A stretch of DNA of 64,000 bases from Mustelus asterias (Eukaryota), in NCBI RefSeq assembly GCF_964213995.1, contig NC_135808.1:7192001-7256000 (forward strand), given 5' to 3'. Below the pieces are notes generated by a model. It ran no database searches. It saw only the letters and a program-made list of their open reading frames with translations, and was not told where the DNA came from. The translations under genes were made by a program, and so were the position numbers. Of this stretch, positions 26,147-39,244 are shown piece by piece. The stretch's first letter is position 1; every line of letters starts with the position of its first letter.

Positions 26147-28127
26147 TCATAGAACATAGAACATAGAAAGCCACAGCACAAACAGGCCCTTCGGCCCACA
26201 AGTTGCGCTGATCATATCCCTACCTCTAGGCCTATCTATAGCCCTCAATCCCATTAAATCCCATGTACTCATCCAGAAGTCTCTTAAAAGACCCCAACGA
26301 GTTTGCCTCCACCACCACCGACGTCAGCCGATTCCACTCACCCACCACCCTCTGAGTGAAAAACTTACCCCTGACATCTCCTCTGTACCTACCCCCCAGC
26401 ACCTTAAACCTGTGTCCTCTCGTAGCAACCATTTCAGCCCTTGGAAATAGCCTCTGAGAGTCTACCCTATCCAGACCTCTCAACATCTTGTAAACCTCTA
26501 TCAGGTCACCTCTCATCCTTCGTCTCTCCAGGGAGAAGAGACCAAGCTCCCTCAACCTATCCTCATAAGGCATGCCCCCCAATCCAGGCAACATCCTTGT
26601 AAATCTCCTCTGCACCCTTTCAATGGCTTCAACATCTTTCCTGTAATGAGGTGACCAGACTGCGCGCAGTACTCCAAGTGGGGTCTAACCAGGGTCCTAT
26701 AAAGCTGCAGCATTATCTCCCGACTCCTAAACTCAATCCCTCGATTAATGAAGGCTAGTACGCCGTATGCCTTCTTGACCGCATCCTCCACCTGCGAGGC
26801 CGATTTAAGAGTCCTATGGACCCGGACCCCAAGGTCCTTCTGATCCTCTACACTGCTAAGAATGGTACCCTTCATATTATATTGCTGCTTCATCCCATTG
26901 GATCTGCCAAAATGGATCACTACACACTTATCCGGGTTGAAGTCCATCTGCCACTTCCCCGCCCAGTCTTGCATTCTATCTATGTCTCGCTGCAACTTCT
27001 GACATCCCTCCAAACTATCCACAACACCACCTACCTTGGTGTCGTCAGCAAACTTACCAACCCATCCCTCCACTTCCTCATCCAGGTCATTTATGAAAAT
27101 GAGAAACAGCAAGGGTCCCAGAACAGACCCCTGGGGCACTCCACTGGTCACTGACCTCCATGCAGAGAAAGACCCCTCCACAGCCACTCTCTGCCTTCTG
27201 CAGGCAAGCCAGTTCTGGATCCACAAGGCAACAGCCCCTTGGATCCCATGCCCTCTCACTTTCTCAAGAAGTCTTGCATGGGGGACCTTATCGAACGCCT
27301 TGCTGAAGTCCATATAGACCACATCCACCGCTCTTCCTTCGTCAATGTGTTTGGTCACATTTTCAAAGAACTCAACCAGGCTCGTAAGGCACGACCTGCC
27401 CTTGACAAAGCCGTGCTGACTACTTTTGATCATACTAAACTTCTCTAGATGATCATAAATCCTGTCTCTCAGGATCCTCTCCATCAACTTACCAACCACT
27501 GAGGTTAGACTCACCGGTCGGTAATTTCCCGGGCTGTCCCTGTTCCCTTTCTTGAATATAGGGACCACATCTGCAATCCTCCAATCCTCCGGAACCTCTC
27601 CCGTCTCCATCGACGATGCAAAGATCATCGCCAAAGGCTCCGCAATCTCCTCCCTCGCCTCCCACAGTAACCTGGGGTACATCCCATCCGGTCCCGGCGA
27701 CTTACCAACCTTGATGCCATTCAATAGTTCCAACACATCCTCTTCCTCACAGTCCAAAGATAAAGAAAATTACAGCATGGGAACAGGCCCTGCGGCTATC
27801 CAAGCCTGCACCTACCATGCTGCCCGACTTAACTAAAACCCCCCTCCCTTCCAGGGACCATATCCCTCTATTCCCATCCTATTCATGTATTTGTCAAGAC
27901 GCTCCTTAAAAGCTACTACCATATCCGCATCCACTACTTCCCCTGGCAGCGAGTTCCAGACACCCACCACCCTCTGTGTAAGAAAATCAGCCTCGTACAT
28001 CTCCTTCAAACCTTGCCCCTCATACCTTAAACCTATGCCCCCTAGTAATTGATTCTTCCACCTTGAGAAAAAGCTTCTGACCATCCGCTCTTTCCATGCC
28101 CCTCATAATCTTGTAGACTTCTATCAC
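26147..28127 (-). mobile_element. Two CR1 insertions (26147-27746 with RT domain; ~27760-28127) nested in a V-SINE
   Basis: 401-aa RT ORF with a frameshift near 26660; SINE sequence resumes at 27748 and 28128. Confidence 0.92.
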
Positions 28128-28819
28128 ATGTGTAGGTTAGGTTGATTAGCCGTGCTAAATTGCCCCTTACTGTCAGGTGGTAAATATGAGGCATTATGGA
28201 AATAGGGCCTAGGTGGGATCGTGGTCGGTGCAGACTCAATGGGCCGAATGGCTTCCTTCTGCACTGTACGAATTCGATGATTTCTCCCACAGTGCTCACT
28301 AGATGCATTGGTCATGCTAAATTCTCCCTCGGTGTACCTGAACAGGAGTGTGGCGACTAGGGGCGACTAGGGGAATTTCACAGTAACTTCATTACAATGT
28401 CAATGTAAGCATACTTGTAACAATAATAAATAAACTTGATTTTCTCGCTTACTTAAGTTTCGGTCTCAGCACCTTACCAAATCACAAATGGCTCTAATAT
28501 GCAGCCCCACAAACATCTCAGGAATGATAGTTTTGTGAAATAGATAGGATAACTAGTTCATGTAGTGATTATGGAGAGGAGTTAAATGGCCTCAACCTCT
28601 ACTGGCGCCCACTCAATCACTCACACAGCAGGATTTTACCTCCAGCAATTCGAAAATAGTAGATATTCTAAAATATGTTCACAAGTGATGATGAGCAGTT
28701 TCAAGGGAAGGTGTTATCATTGCACACAAGCAGGTGCGACATCATGTTGGTGACTGAGTGCGAATGAATGAATGGTTTTTCTTGATTCAATGAGAAATGA
28801 GTTAAGACAGTACTAACCC

Positions 28820-28941
28820 ATTTCCTATACCGGAGATGACAGTGCATGAGTACATTTGTTGCCTACCACATGTAAATCACTCTGATCAATATCCTACCAC
28901 TGAAATCAGCGGAGGTTGTTTGCAGCAGTTTCAGTCAGAAG
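28820..28941 (+). promoter_or_regulatory. Candidate promoter/non-coding exon 1 of gene A
   Basis: Non-repeat block conserved with 54160-54292, ending in the conserved donor CAGAAG|GTAATG. The leader exon has its own acceptor, so an upstream exon is required. The 5' limit is unknown. Confidence 0.6.
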
Positions 28942-29843
28942 GTAATGTTTCAACTCTATGCGCGATTGTGATGGGGCAAGCGATATAGCAGTTACTCCGA
29001 GCTACTGGGCAGCTCCATCCGCTTCTCTTGCTAAGTCCAATGCAAAGATGTCCCATTAAACCATAGCAAAGTAGGCAAGCAACCGGTTCAAACTCTCATC
29101 TGCAAGGCACCTCTGAGGCAGGAGGGTTGTGCGTTCAAATCCACATCTAGAACTTCATGGCAAGCCTGACACTCTCATGAATTACTAAAGAGTGCCGCAC
29201 TGCCAGAGGTGCCAATTTGGAATGAAAAGTTAAAAGGTGCCATTGTCAGCTTTCTCAGGAGTACATAAACGATTCTATTGAAAGGAAGGTGGGTGGGTTA
29301 GAGTAAAATGCAATGATGCAGTGGTTAGCACTGCGCCAGGGACCCGGGTTTGCTTCCCGGCTTGGGTCACTGTCTGTGCAGAGTCTGCACCTTCTCCCAG
29401 TGTCTGCATGGGTTTCCTCCGGGTGCTCCGGTTTCCTCCCACAGTCTGAAAGATGTGCAGGTTAAGTGCAGTGAGCATGCTAAATTCTCCCTCAGTATAC
29501 CTGAACAGGCGCCAGAGTGTGGCAACTAGGGGATTTTTACAGTAACTTCATTGCAGTGTTAATGTAAGCTTGCTTGTGATGAATAAATAAACTTTAGCAA
29601 TAACTGCGCACTATATTCTTCATTGTTTGACACTAAATAAATGGGACCATATATTTACATGAGTTACAAATCGAATTCCAGCCAGGCATCTTTCACTGCC
29701 ATAGTTCAGTGACCACCAGCTGAAAGGATAAATACACAGGGAAGTTTAAATGGATCACATTTTTTCTCAAACAGTTGAATGAATATCTCGCAAAAATTAT
29801 ATATACAAATTATTTTCCCTTTATTGCAGGCAGTTGTGAAGCC

Positions 29844-29886
29844 ATGTTATGGGATGGATTCATTTGGTCATTGCTGTTATTCTGGA
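29844..29886 (+). CDS. NCR3: NCR3/NKp30-like gene A, leader exon (MLWDGFIWSLLLFW, phase 1)
   Basis: Acceptor ttttccctttattgcag ends at 29829; gccATG at 29844; hydrophobic 14 aa; donor A|GTAAGT at 29887. Homologous 43-nt coding segment in gene B; splices in frame to the V exon. Confidence 0.85.
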
Positions 29887-32800
29887 GTAAGTAATCCACA
29901 ACCATGGTCTTTCGATAATTTTGAACAGATTCACATTCTGCCACCACCCCCCCCCCCCACCCCGCCCGCCCGCCCCCCCACCACCACCACACATGCACAC
30001 ACACACATACACACAGGTAACACTGGGGGCATAGTGTCACCGTAGTTAGCACTGCTGCCTCACAGCACCAGGGACCCGGGTTCGATTCCTGGCTTGGGTC
30101 ACTGTCTGTGTGCAGTTTGCACATTCTCTCCATGTCTGTGTGGGTTTCCTCCGGGTGCTCCGGTTTCCTCCCATAGTCCAAAGACGTATGGGTTGGGTGG
30201 ATTGGCCGTGCTAAATTGCCCCTTAATGTCAGGGGGACTAGCTAGGGTAAATGCACGCGGTTATGGGGATAGGACCTGAGTGGATTAGTGGTCAGTGCAG
30301 ACTCGATGGACCGAATGGACTCCTTCTGCACTGTAGAATTCTATGATTGTGACACTAATAAAAAAAATAAACTAATAATAAATAAAAATAACATTAAATT
30401 TATGTCTGCGTGCATATATTTAATCTAACATAAGACAAATACTTATGTACAAATACTTATTTGTAAAGCAGATATTTCATTATATACTTGAAAACATAAC
30501 AGACAACAACTTTTCAGGCGCCTTTGGGCTCATCAATTGCCCCAAAGCGCTTGAAAATGCGTTCATATCAACTGCCTAAAGAATGGAATCGCCAATCTCG
30601 GAGATTCTTCTGCTAACTGTGTCAATGTTAATGGTTATCCGGCGGGCCATTCAAAAGTCTAAAAGGAACCACACAAAAACAAACATTATCTTGGTATATC
30701 CCATTATCCTTCAGGAGTAGGCAAGATCCACTGACTGCATTGTGGAATACAGCGACTTGAGCGCCGAGGTCAGTTCACAAGCGATGGCAGTTGAAGTGAA
30801 TTCACTGGGCTTCAGCAGTTCTGACCCATGGGATTTCATTCTAAGATTGCTTTAAAACCTCCTCCTAACACCGCGTGGCGAAGGATCACATCCCGATAAC
30901 CATTCGCTTTCCTAAATTGGACTGACTACTTTCAGAATTTTCTACACTCATGTGAATTTCACAGATTTGGCGATATCCTCTTATCCTTGGTTCCGTGTAC
31001 TGTTCACTTTATGCTCGTCAAACCGCGCCCGGCGCACTAGTTATTAATAACAGTCTCCGATAAGTAATTCTCAAAGCAAACATACTTAACATACTAAATG
31101 TTCCGAAGCAATGAAATTGGAACTTGACGAGAAAGCGTCGTTATATGTGTTAAAATTTGTGGACGCAAAATGGGGGCCCAGAGCAGGTAAAATTGTCCAA
31201 CAAGAGGCTAGCACTGCTGCCTCACCGCGCCAGGGATCCGGGTTCAATTCCGGCCTCGGGTCACTGTCGGTGTGGAGTTTGCACATTCTCCACATGTCCG
31301 CATTTGCTTCCTCCGGGTGCTCCGGATTCCTCCCACAGTCCAAAGATGTGTAAATTAGATTGATTGGCCATGCTAAAATTGCCCCTTAGTGTCAGGGGAT
31401 TATCAGAGTAAATATGTGATTTATTTACTGTGCCACCGTGCCGCCCATAGCCTAGGGAGTAGGGCCTTGATGGGATTGTTGTAGGTGCAGGTTCGTTGGG
31501 CCGAATGGCCTCATTCTGCACTGTAGGGATTCTATGATCACCCCCTCCGCCTCCCCTCCCCAACCCCCTCCCTCCCCAGCAACGAGGGTCCAGCAACACT
31601 GAGGTTGTCCCTCTAACTTGATATCGAGGTCTGGTTTGAGGAGGTGATAAAAGTGACTTTAAAATGGGATCTGAGCCTCACTGGAAAGACCAGTATCTGT
31701 TGCCCATCTATAATTGGGTTTCAACTGAGTGGCATGCTTGGCCATATCGGGAAATCAATTACATTGATGTAGGTCTGGAGTCACAAGCAGGAACTAGGGA
31801 CGGCAGCTTTCCTTCCCCTTGGCCTCTGAGCATGAGCCTGGGTTTCTGGATTACTAAAGTTAAGTTTATTTATTAGTTAGAAGTAGGCTTACATTAACAC
31901 TGCGATGAAGTTACTGTGAAATTCCCCCAGTTGGCACACTCCAGCACATGTTCGGGTTAATGCTTCCAACCAGCATGTCTTTCAGACTGTGGGAGAAAAT
32001 TGGAGCACCTGGAGAAAACCCACGCAGACTCGGGGAAAACATGCAAACTCCAAACAGACAGTGACTAAACCAGGAATCGAATCCAGGTCCCTGGCATTGT
32101 GAGGCAGCTAACCACTGTGCCACCGTGCCACCCATAGCCTAGTGCTATTACCACTGCTCCAACATCTCGCCCCAAGGCTGTCCAGGGCTGTATTATACTA
32201 ATTCTCTCCAGCAGACCTCCTGTTCCCCCATGGTCGTTATGATCATCACAATTTTCAAGATAATTGATTTTAAATTATCATCAGTTTTAAATTAGAGGTC
32301 TAAGCTGATAAGTGACCAAACTAGCATGAAAGGTAATTGCAATTAAGATGTAATATTACATCAACTGTGGCTGGACGATTATCAACTCGGTGAATTAATC
32401 TCTTTAGTCTAGAACATAGAACATAGAACAGTACAGCACAGATCAGGCCCTTCGGCCCACGATGTTGTGCCGAGATTTATCTGAAACCAAGATCAAGCTA
32501 TCCCACTCCCTATCATGTGTGCTCCATGTGCCTATCCAATAGCCGCTTAAATGTTCCTAAAGTGCCTGACTCCACTATCACTGCAGGCAGTCCATTCCAA
32601 CCACTCTCTGCGTAAAGAACCTACCTCTGATATCCTTCCTATATCTCCCACCATGAACCCTATAGTTATGCCCCCTTGTAATAGCTCCATCCACCCGAGG
32701 AAATAATCTACCTACAACTTGCGTGTTGCAGTGCAAGGTGTACCCAACTGACTGTGCAGACTGGCATATTCAAAGCCTAGGATTATATGTGGAGGGATGG

Positions 32801-33512
32801 CCTAAAACATGGGGTGGCCATGCTTATCGTGAACTTTAGTTGAACGATATACAGGTTAGGTGGATTGGCCATGCTAAATTTCCCAACAGTGTCTTAAGGT
32901 ATGTAGGTTAGATGGATTAGCCATGGAAAATGTGTGGGGTTGCGGAGATAGGGCGGGGAAGAGGGCTGGGTAAAATACTCTGTCACAGAATTGGTGCAGG
33001 CTCGATGGGCTGAATAGCCTCCTTCTGCTCTGTAAGGATTTTATGATTCTATAACCAACACTTTAAAATAGAACTTCTTCAGTGAACTATTTTATACTGG
33101 CCATCGTTGTCTCAAGTAAAGACAGATTACAGGAGCAGGTTATTGAATTCTTTTTGTGCTTGTGGAATTATCTGAGGGTGAGAAAGGGAACTGTCAAATA
33201 GATTGGGAATCTGAATCAAAGGTAGAAAAATTTGGAATTAAGAATCCACTGATTAGAATAGAACCATTGTCCATTTCCAGAAAAATAGCATCTGGTTCAC
33301 TAATGTCTTTTAGGGAAGGAAATCTGCCATCCTTACCTGGTCTGGCCTACATGTGACTCCAGAGCCAAAGCAATGTGGTTGACTCTCAACTGCCCTCGGG
33401 CAACTGGGGATGGGCAATAAATGCTGGCCAGCCAGCGACGCCCATATCCCATAAATGAATAGGAATAGAATAGAGTGGCGTGACTACTCATGAGGACATT
33501 TTGTGTCTACAG

Positions 33513-33866
33513 GAGTTACTGGCTCTAGAGTTACAGTCAAGCAGACACCGACTTTAATCAGCGTTCCCGAAGGCGACACCTTCCACATGGATTGTATCTT
33601 CAGTGAGAATGCGACCAATTCAGGAGATGAAGCCATTGGTTCAGTCACTTGGTATAAAGAATCCAGAACCAGTACAGTCTGCAACAACTGCAGAGAATAT
33701 ATCGGACGTGTTCAGAAATCCGATGTATCTTTCTTTCACAAATTTAAAAATGCATCCATATCAATAACTGAGGTGGAACCGAAAGACACGGGAAGGTATT
33801 ACTGTGAGGTGGAGCTTGCCATTGGTGGAAAGGGGACTGGAGATGGAACAAATGTTACAGTGAAAC
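33513..33866 (+). CDS. NCR3: NCR3/NKp30-like gene A, VJ-type Ig V exon (354 nt, phase 1-1)
   Basis: Acceptor tctacag|GA, donor C|GTGAGT. Canonical V-set Cys...W...DTGRYYC, the NKp30 signature AIGSVTW, and a germline-joined J-like GxGTGxGTxVTV. Confidence 0.93.
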
Positions 33867-34072
33867 GTGAGTCTGTGTTCTTTTACATTTTATTTTGGTA
33901 TAGCAGCCTCTCGTCAAACATGATCAAATGGAAGGTCAAGGTAAGTAAACCATTAATATATTGATTGCAATTTTCCCTGTTGAATCTTACCGAAAAAAAT
34001 GTGTACACTGACCGAATCGGATGTAACGCTGGTATTAACGCATCTTCCATTTGACTCTGCTTTGAAAATATT

Positions 34073-35203
34073 GTAAGAAGTTTAACAACACCAGGTTAAA
34101 GTCCAACAGGTTTATTTGGTAGCAAAAGCCACACAAGCTTTCGGAGCTCTAAGCCCCTTCTTCAGGTGAGTGGGAATTCTGTTCACAAACAGAGCTTATA
34201 AAGACACAGACTCAATTTACATGAATAATGGTTGGAATGCGAATACTTACAACTAATCAAGTCTTTAAGAAACGGAACAATGTGAGTGGAGAGAGCATCA
34301 AGACAGGCTAAAAATATGTGTATTGTCTCCAGACAAGACAGCCAGTGAAACTCTGCAGGTCCACGCAACTGTGGGAGTTACAAATAGTGTGACATGAACC
34401 CAATATCCCGGTTGAGGCCGCCCTCATGTGTGCGGAACTTGGCTATCAGTTTCTGCTCAGCGACTCTGTGCTGTCGTGTGTCGTGAAGGCCGCCTTGGAG
34501 AACGCTTACCCGAATATCAGAGGCCGAATGCCCGTGACCGCTGAAGTGCTCCCCAACAGGAAGAGAACAGTCTTGCCTGGTGATTGTCGAGCGGTGTTCA
34601 TTCATCCGTTGTTGCAGCGTCTGCATAGTTTCCCCAATGTACCATGCCTCGGGACATCCTTTCTTGCAGCGTATCAGGTAGACAACGTTGGCCGAATTCT
34701 GCCACGGGCATTCGGCCTCTGATATTCGGGTAAGCGTTCTCCAAGGCGGCCTTCGCGACACACGACAGCGCAGAGTCGCTGAGCAGAAGCTGATAGCCAA
34801 GTTCCGCACACATGAGGACGGCCTCAACCGGGATATTGGGTTCATGTCACACTATTTGTAACTCCCACAGTTGCGTGGACCTGCAGAGCTTCACTGGCTG
34901 TCTTGTCTGGAGACAATACACATCTTTTTAGCCTGTCTTGATGCTCTCTCCACTCACATTGTTCCGTTTCTTAAAGACTTGATTAGTTGTAAGTATTCGT
35001 ATTCCAACCATTATTCATGTAAATTGAGTCTGTGTCTTTATAAGCTCTGTTTGTGAACAGAATTCCCACTCACCTGAAGAAGGGGCTTAGAGCTCCGAAA
35101 GCTTGTGTGGCTTTTGCTACCAAATAAACCTGTTGGACTTTAACCTGGTGTTGTTAAACTTCTTACTGTGTTTACCCCAGTCCAACGCCGGCATCTCCAC
35201 ATC
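34073..35203. mobile_element. Penelope-like element: GIY-YIG C-terminal fragment with inverted pseudo-LTR arrangement
   Basis: Minus-strand NVVYLIRC...WYIGETMQTLQQRMNEH (GIY-YIG); inverted arms 34073-34536 and 34703-35166. Confidence 0.9.
35071..35107 (+). ncRNA. Minimal type I hammerhead ribozyme-like motif in the Penelope pseudo-LTR (mirror copy at ~34132-34168, - strand)
   Basis: cac-CTGAAGA-a-ggggc(ttaga)gctcc-GAAA-gctt-gtg: core boxes, stem II, palindromic stem III and short stem I. Penelope-like elements are known to carry such motifs. Confidence 0.7.
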
Positions 35204-36124
35204 TTGAAAATATTGGACAGAAATGCTGTGGCAAGAGGCCAGGTCGCTGAGTTATCTTAAGACAGAGATGGATAGGTTCTTGAATGGTAAGGGGAGAAGG
35301 TGGGAGAATGGGGCTGAGAAACGTATCAGCCATAATCGAATGGTGCGGTAGACTCGATGGGCCGAATGGTCGAATTCTGCTCCGATATCTTATCATGGGT
35401 ATAAAACTGGGGTTGCAACCGTTAGCGTGGCCAAGCGGTGTGGCTGTTTAGTGCAGACGGGTCGACACCAGGCACACCACAGCGAGTGAACTGGGATGCA
35501 TCAGAATGAATTAACAAGAAAATCAGCAAAAAATTGTTAAAGTAATGACAGGGTCACAGTAAATGGTCAGTCTGTGTTGTCTTACGTCAGGGTGGCACAG
35601 TGGTTAGCACTACTGCCTCACAGCACCGGAGTCCCAGGTTCAATTCCAGCCTCCGGTCACTGTGTGGAGTTTGCATTTTCGCCCCGTGTCTGCGTGTTTC
35701 CAGCGGGTGCTCCGGTTTCCTTCCACAGTCCAAAGATTAATTGGCCAGGCTAAATTGACCCTAATGTCAGGGGGATTAGCAAGGTGAATGCATGAGTTTA
35801 CGGGAGTAGGGCCTGGGTGGGAGTGTGATTGGTGCAGATTCGATGTGCTGAATGGCTTCTTTCTGTAGTGTAGGGGTTCTATGATATCCTTATATACCGT
35901 TCTACTGTTTAAAAACAACCTTTGAAATTGAAGCTCTGATGAATTCATGAATTGAACATTTTCTTGTCGGGTCTTCCCTGAAATCAGGTATCAGATGCAC
36001 TGCTGCTTTCACATCCTGTCATATTATAACCACCATTAATAATGATGGACAACAATTCTGTGTCAGGTGCGAAAAACAGCGTTGTGCCTGATGCTCTGAA
36101 CTTCCCTCTGAAGAGACTTGGAAA

Positions 36125-39100
36125 ATAGAACATAGAACATTACAACGCAGAACAGGCCCTTCGGCCCTCGATGTTGCGCCAACCAGTGAAACCAATCTAA
36201 AGCCCATCTTACCTACACTATTCCAATATCATCAATATGTTTATCCAGTGACTATTTAAATGCCCTAAATGTTGGCGAGTCCACTACTGCTGCAGGCAGG
36301 GCATTCCACGCCCTTACCACTCTCTGAGTGAAGAACCTACCTCTGACATCTGTCCTATATCTATCACCCCTCAATTTAAAGCTATGTCCCCTCGTCCTAG
36401 CTATCACCATCCGAGGAAAAAGGCTCTCACTATCCACCCGATCTAATCCTCTGATCATCTTGTATGCCTCTATTAAGTTACCTCTTAACTTTCTTCTCTC
36501 TAACGAAAACAACCTCAAGTCCCTCAGCCTTTCCTCATGAGACCTTCCCACCATACCAGGCAACATCCTAGTAAATCTCCTCTGCACCCTTTCCAATGCA
36601 TCCACATCCTTCCTATAATGCGGTGACCAGAACTGTACGCAATACTCCAAGTGCGGCCGCACCAGAGTTTTGTACAGCTGCAACATGACCTCCTGGCTCC
36701 GAAACTCAATCCCTCTACCAATAAAAGCTAATACTCCATACGCCTTCTGAACAACCCTATCAACCTGGGTGCCAACTTTCAGGGATCTATGCACATGGAC
36801 ACCGAGATCGCTCTGTTCATCCACACTACCAAGTATCTTACCATTAGCCCAGTACTCTGTAATCCTGTTACTCCTTCCAAAGTGAATCACCTCACACTTT
36901 TCTGCATTGAACTCCATTTGCCACCTCTCAGCCCAGCACTGCAGCTTATCTATGTCCATCTGTAACCTGCAACAACCTTCCGCACTGTCCACAACTCCAC
37001 TGACTTTAGTGTCATCCGTAAATTTACTAACCCATCCTTCTATGCCCTCATCCAGGTCATTTATAAAAATGACAAACAGTAGTGGCCCCAAAACAGATCC
37101 TTGCGGTACACCACTTGTAACTGAACTCCAGAATGAACATTTCCCATCAACCACCACCCTCTGTCTTCTTACAGCTAGCCAATTCCTGATCCAAACTGCT
37201 AAATCACCCTCAATCCCATGCCTTCGTATCTTCTGCAATAGCTTACCGTGGGGAACCTTATCAACCACTTTACTAAAATCCATATACACCACATCAACTG
37301 CTCTACCCTCATTCACCTCTTTGGTCACCTTCTCAATGAACTCAATAAGGTTTGTGAGGCACGACCTACCCTTCACAAAACCGTATTGACTATCCGTAAT
37401 CAAATTATTCCTTTCTAGATGATTATAAATCCTATCTCTTATAATCCATTCCAAAGCTTTGCCCACAACAGAAGTAAGGCTCACTGGTCTATAATTACCA
37501 GGGTTGTCTCTACTTCCCTTCTTGAACAAGGGGACAACATTTGCTATCCTCCAGTCTTCTGGCACTATTCCTGTAGACAATGACGACATAAAGATCAAAG
37601 CCAAAGGCTCTGCAATCTCCTCCCTAGCTTCACAGAGAATCCTGGGATAAATCCCATCCAGGCCAGGTGATTTATCTATTTTCACACTTTCCAGAATTGC
37701 TAACACCTCCTCCTTATTAACCTCAATCCCGTCTAGTCCTATAGCCTGTATCTCAGTATTTTCCTCGACAACATTGTCTTTTTCCTGCGTGAATACTGAC
37801 AAAAAATATTCATTTAGTGCCTCTCCTATCTCTTCAGGCTCCATGCACAACTTCCCACTACTGTCCTTGCCTGGCCCTAATCTTACCCTAGTCATCCTTT
37901 TATTCCTGACATACCTATAGAAAGCTTTAGAGTTTCCCTTGATCCTACCTGCCAAAGACTTCTCATTTCCCCTCCTGGCTCTTCTTAATTCTCTCTTTAG
38001 ATCCTTCCTGGCTAACATGTAACTCTCAAGCGCCCTAACTGAGCCTTCACGTCTCATCTTTACATAAGTCTCCTTCTTCCTCTTCACAAGAGATTCAACT
38101 TCTTTAGTAAACCACGGTTCCCTCACTCGACCATTTCCTCCCTGCCTGACAGGTACATACTTATCAAGGACACCCAGTAGCTGTTCCTTGAACAAGCTCC
38201 ATATTTCAATTGTGTCCATTCCCTGCAGTTTCCTTCCCCAACCTATGCATCCTAAATCTCTCCTAATCGCATCATAATTTCCTTTCCCCCAGCTATAACT
38301 CTTGCCCTTCGGTATATACCTATTCCTTTCCATCGCTAATGTAAACATAACCGAATTGTGGTCACTATCACCAAAGTGCTCCCCTACCTCCAAATCTAAC
38401 ACCTGGTCTGGTTCATTACCAAGTACCAAATCCAATGTGGCTTCGCCTCTTGTTGGCCTATCTACATACTGCGTCAGGAAACCCTCCTGCACACATTGGA
38501 CAAAAACTGACCCATCTAAAATACTCGAACTATAGCTTTTCCAGTCAATATTTGCAAAGTCCCCCATAACAACTACCCTGTTACTTTCGCTCCTATCCAG
38601 AATCATCTTTGCAATCCTTTCCTCTAGATCTCTGGAACTTTTCGGAGGCCTATAGAAAACTCCCAGCTGGGTGACCTCTCCTTTCCTGTTTCTAACTTCA
38701 GCCCATACTACCTCAGTAGACGAGTCCTCATCAAATGTCCTTTCTGCCACCGTAATACTGTCCTTGACTAACAGTGCCATACCTCCACCTCTTTTACCAC
38801 CTTCCCTGCTCTTACTGAAACATCTAATCCTGGAACCTGCAGCAACCATTCCTGTCCCTGCTCTATCCATGTCTCCGAGATGGCCACAACATCGAAGTCC
38901 CAGGTACCAACCCATACTGCAAGTTTACCCACCTTATTCCGGATGCTCCTGGCATTGAAGTATACACACTTCAAACCACCTTCCTGCCTGCCAGTACACC
39001 CCTGCGACGCTGAAACCTTATCCATGACCTCACTACTCTCAACCTCCTGTACACTGGATCTACAATTCAGGTTCCCATCCGCCTGCTGAATTAATTTAAA

Positions 39101-39200
39101 CCCTCCCGAAGAGCATTAGCAAATTTCCCACCCAGGATATTGGTACCGCTCTGGTTCAGGTGTAGACCATCCCGTTGGTAGAGGTCCTACCTACCCCAGA
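36125..39200 (-). mobile_element. Near full-length CR1 ORF2 (APE endonuclease + RT) in intron 3 of gene A
   Basis: 887-aa ORF; the N-terminal NARSIRNK...ISETW motif is in another frame (frameshift near 38.82 kb); premature stop at 36252. Confidence 0.95.
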
Positions 39201-39244
39201 ATGGAATAAATAACTTACTCGAGTGAGTTGTTTTTCTGAAACAT

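Noticed and set aside
30511-30557. Short hairpin ttttcaggcgcctttggg...cccaaagcgcttgaaaa as an ncRNA
   Set aside because: Resembles a decayed SINE/LINE tail stem-loop; no other support.
33503-33964. Rearranging Ig/TCR V segment
   Set aside because: The J-like strand is germline-joined in the same exon and followed by a splice donor, with no adjacent RSS. CACAGTG heptamers in the window are mostly within SINE heads.
36252-38915. Active autonomous LINE or host gene
   Set aside because: CR1 ORF2 with an N-terminal frameshift, a premature stop and no ORF1.
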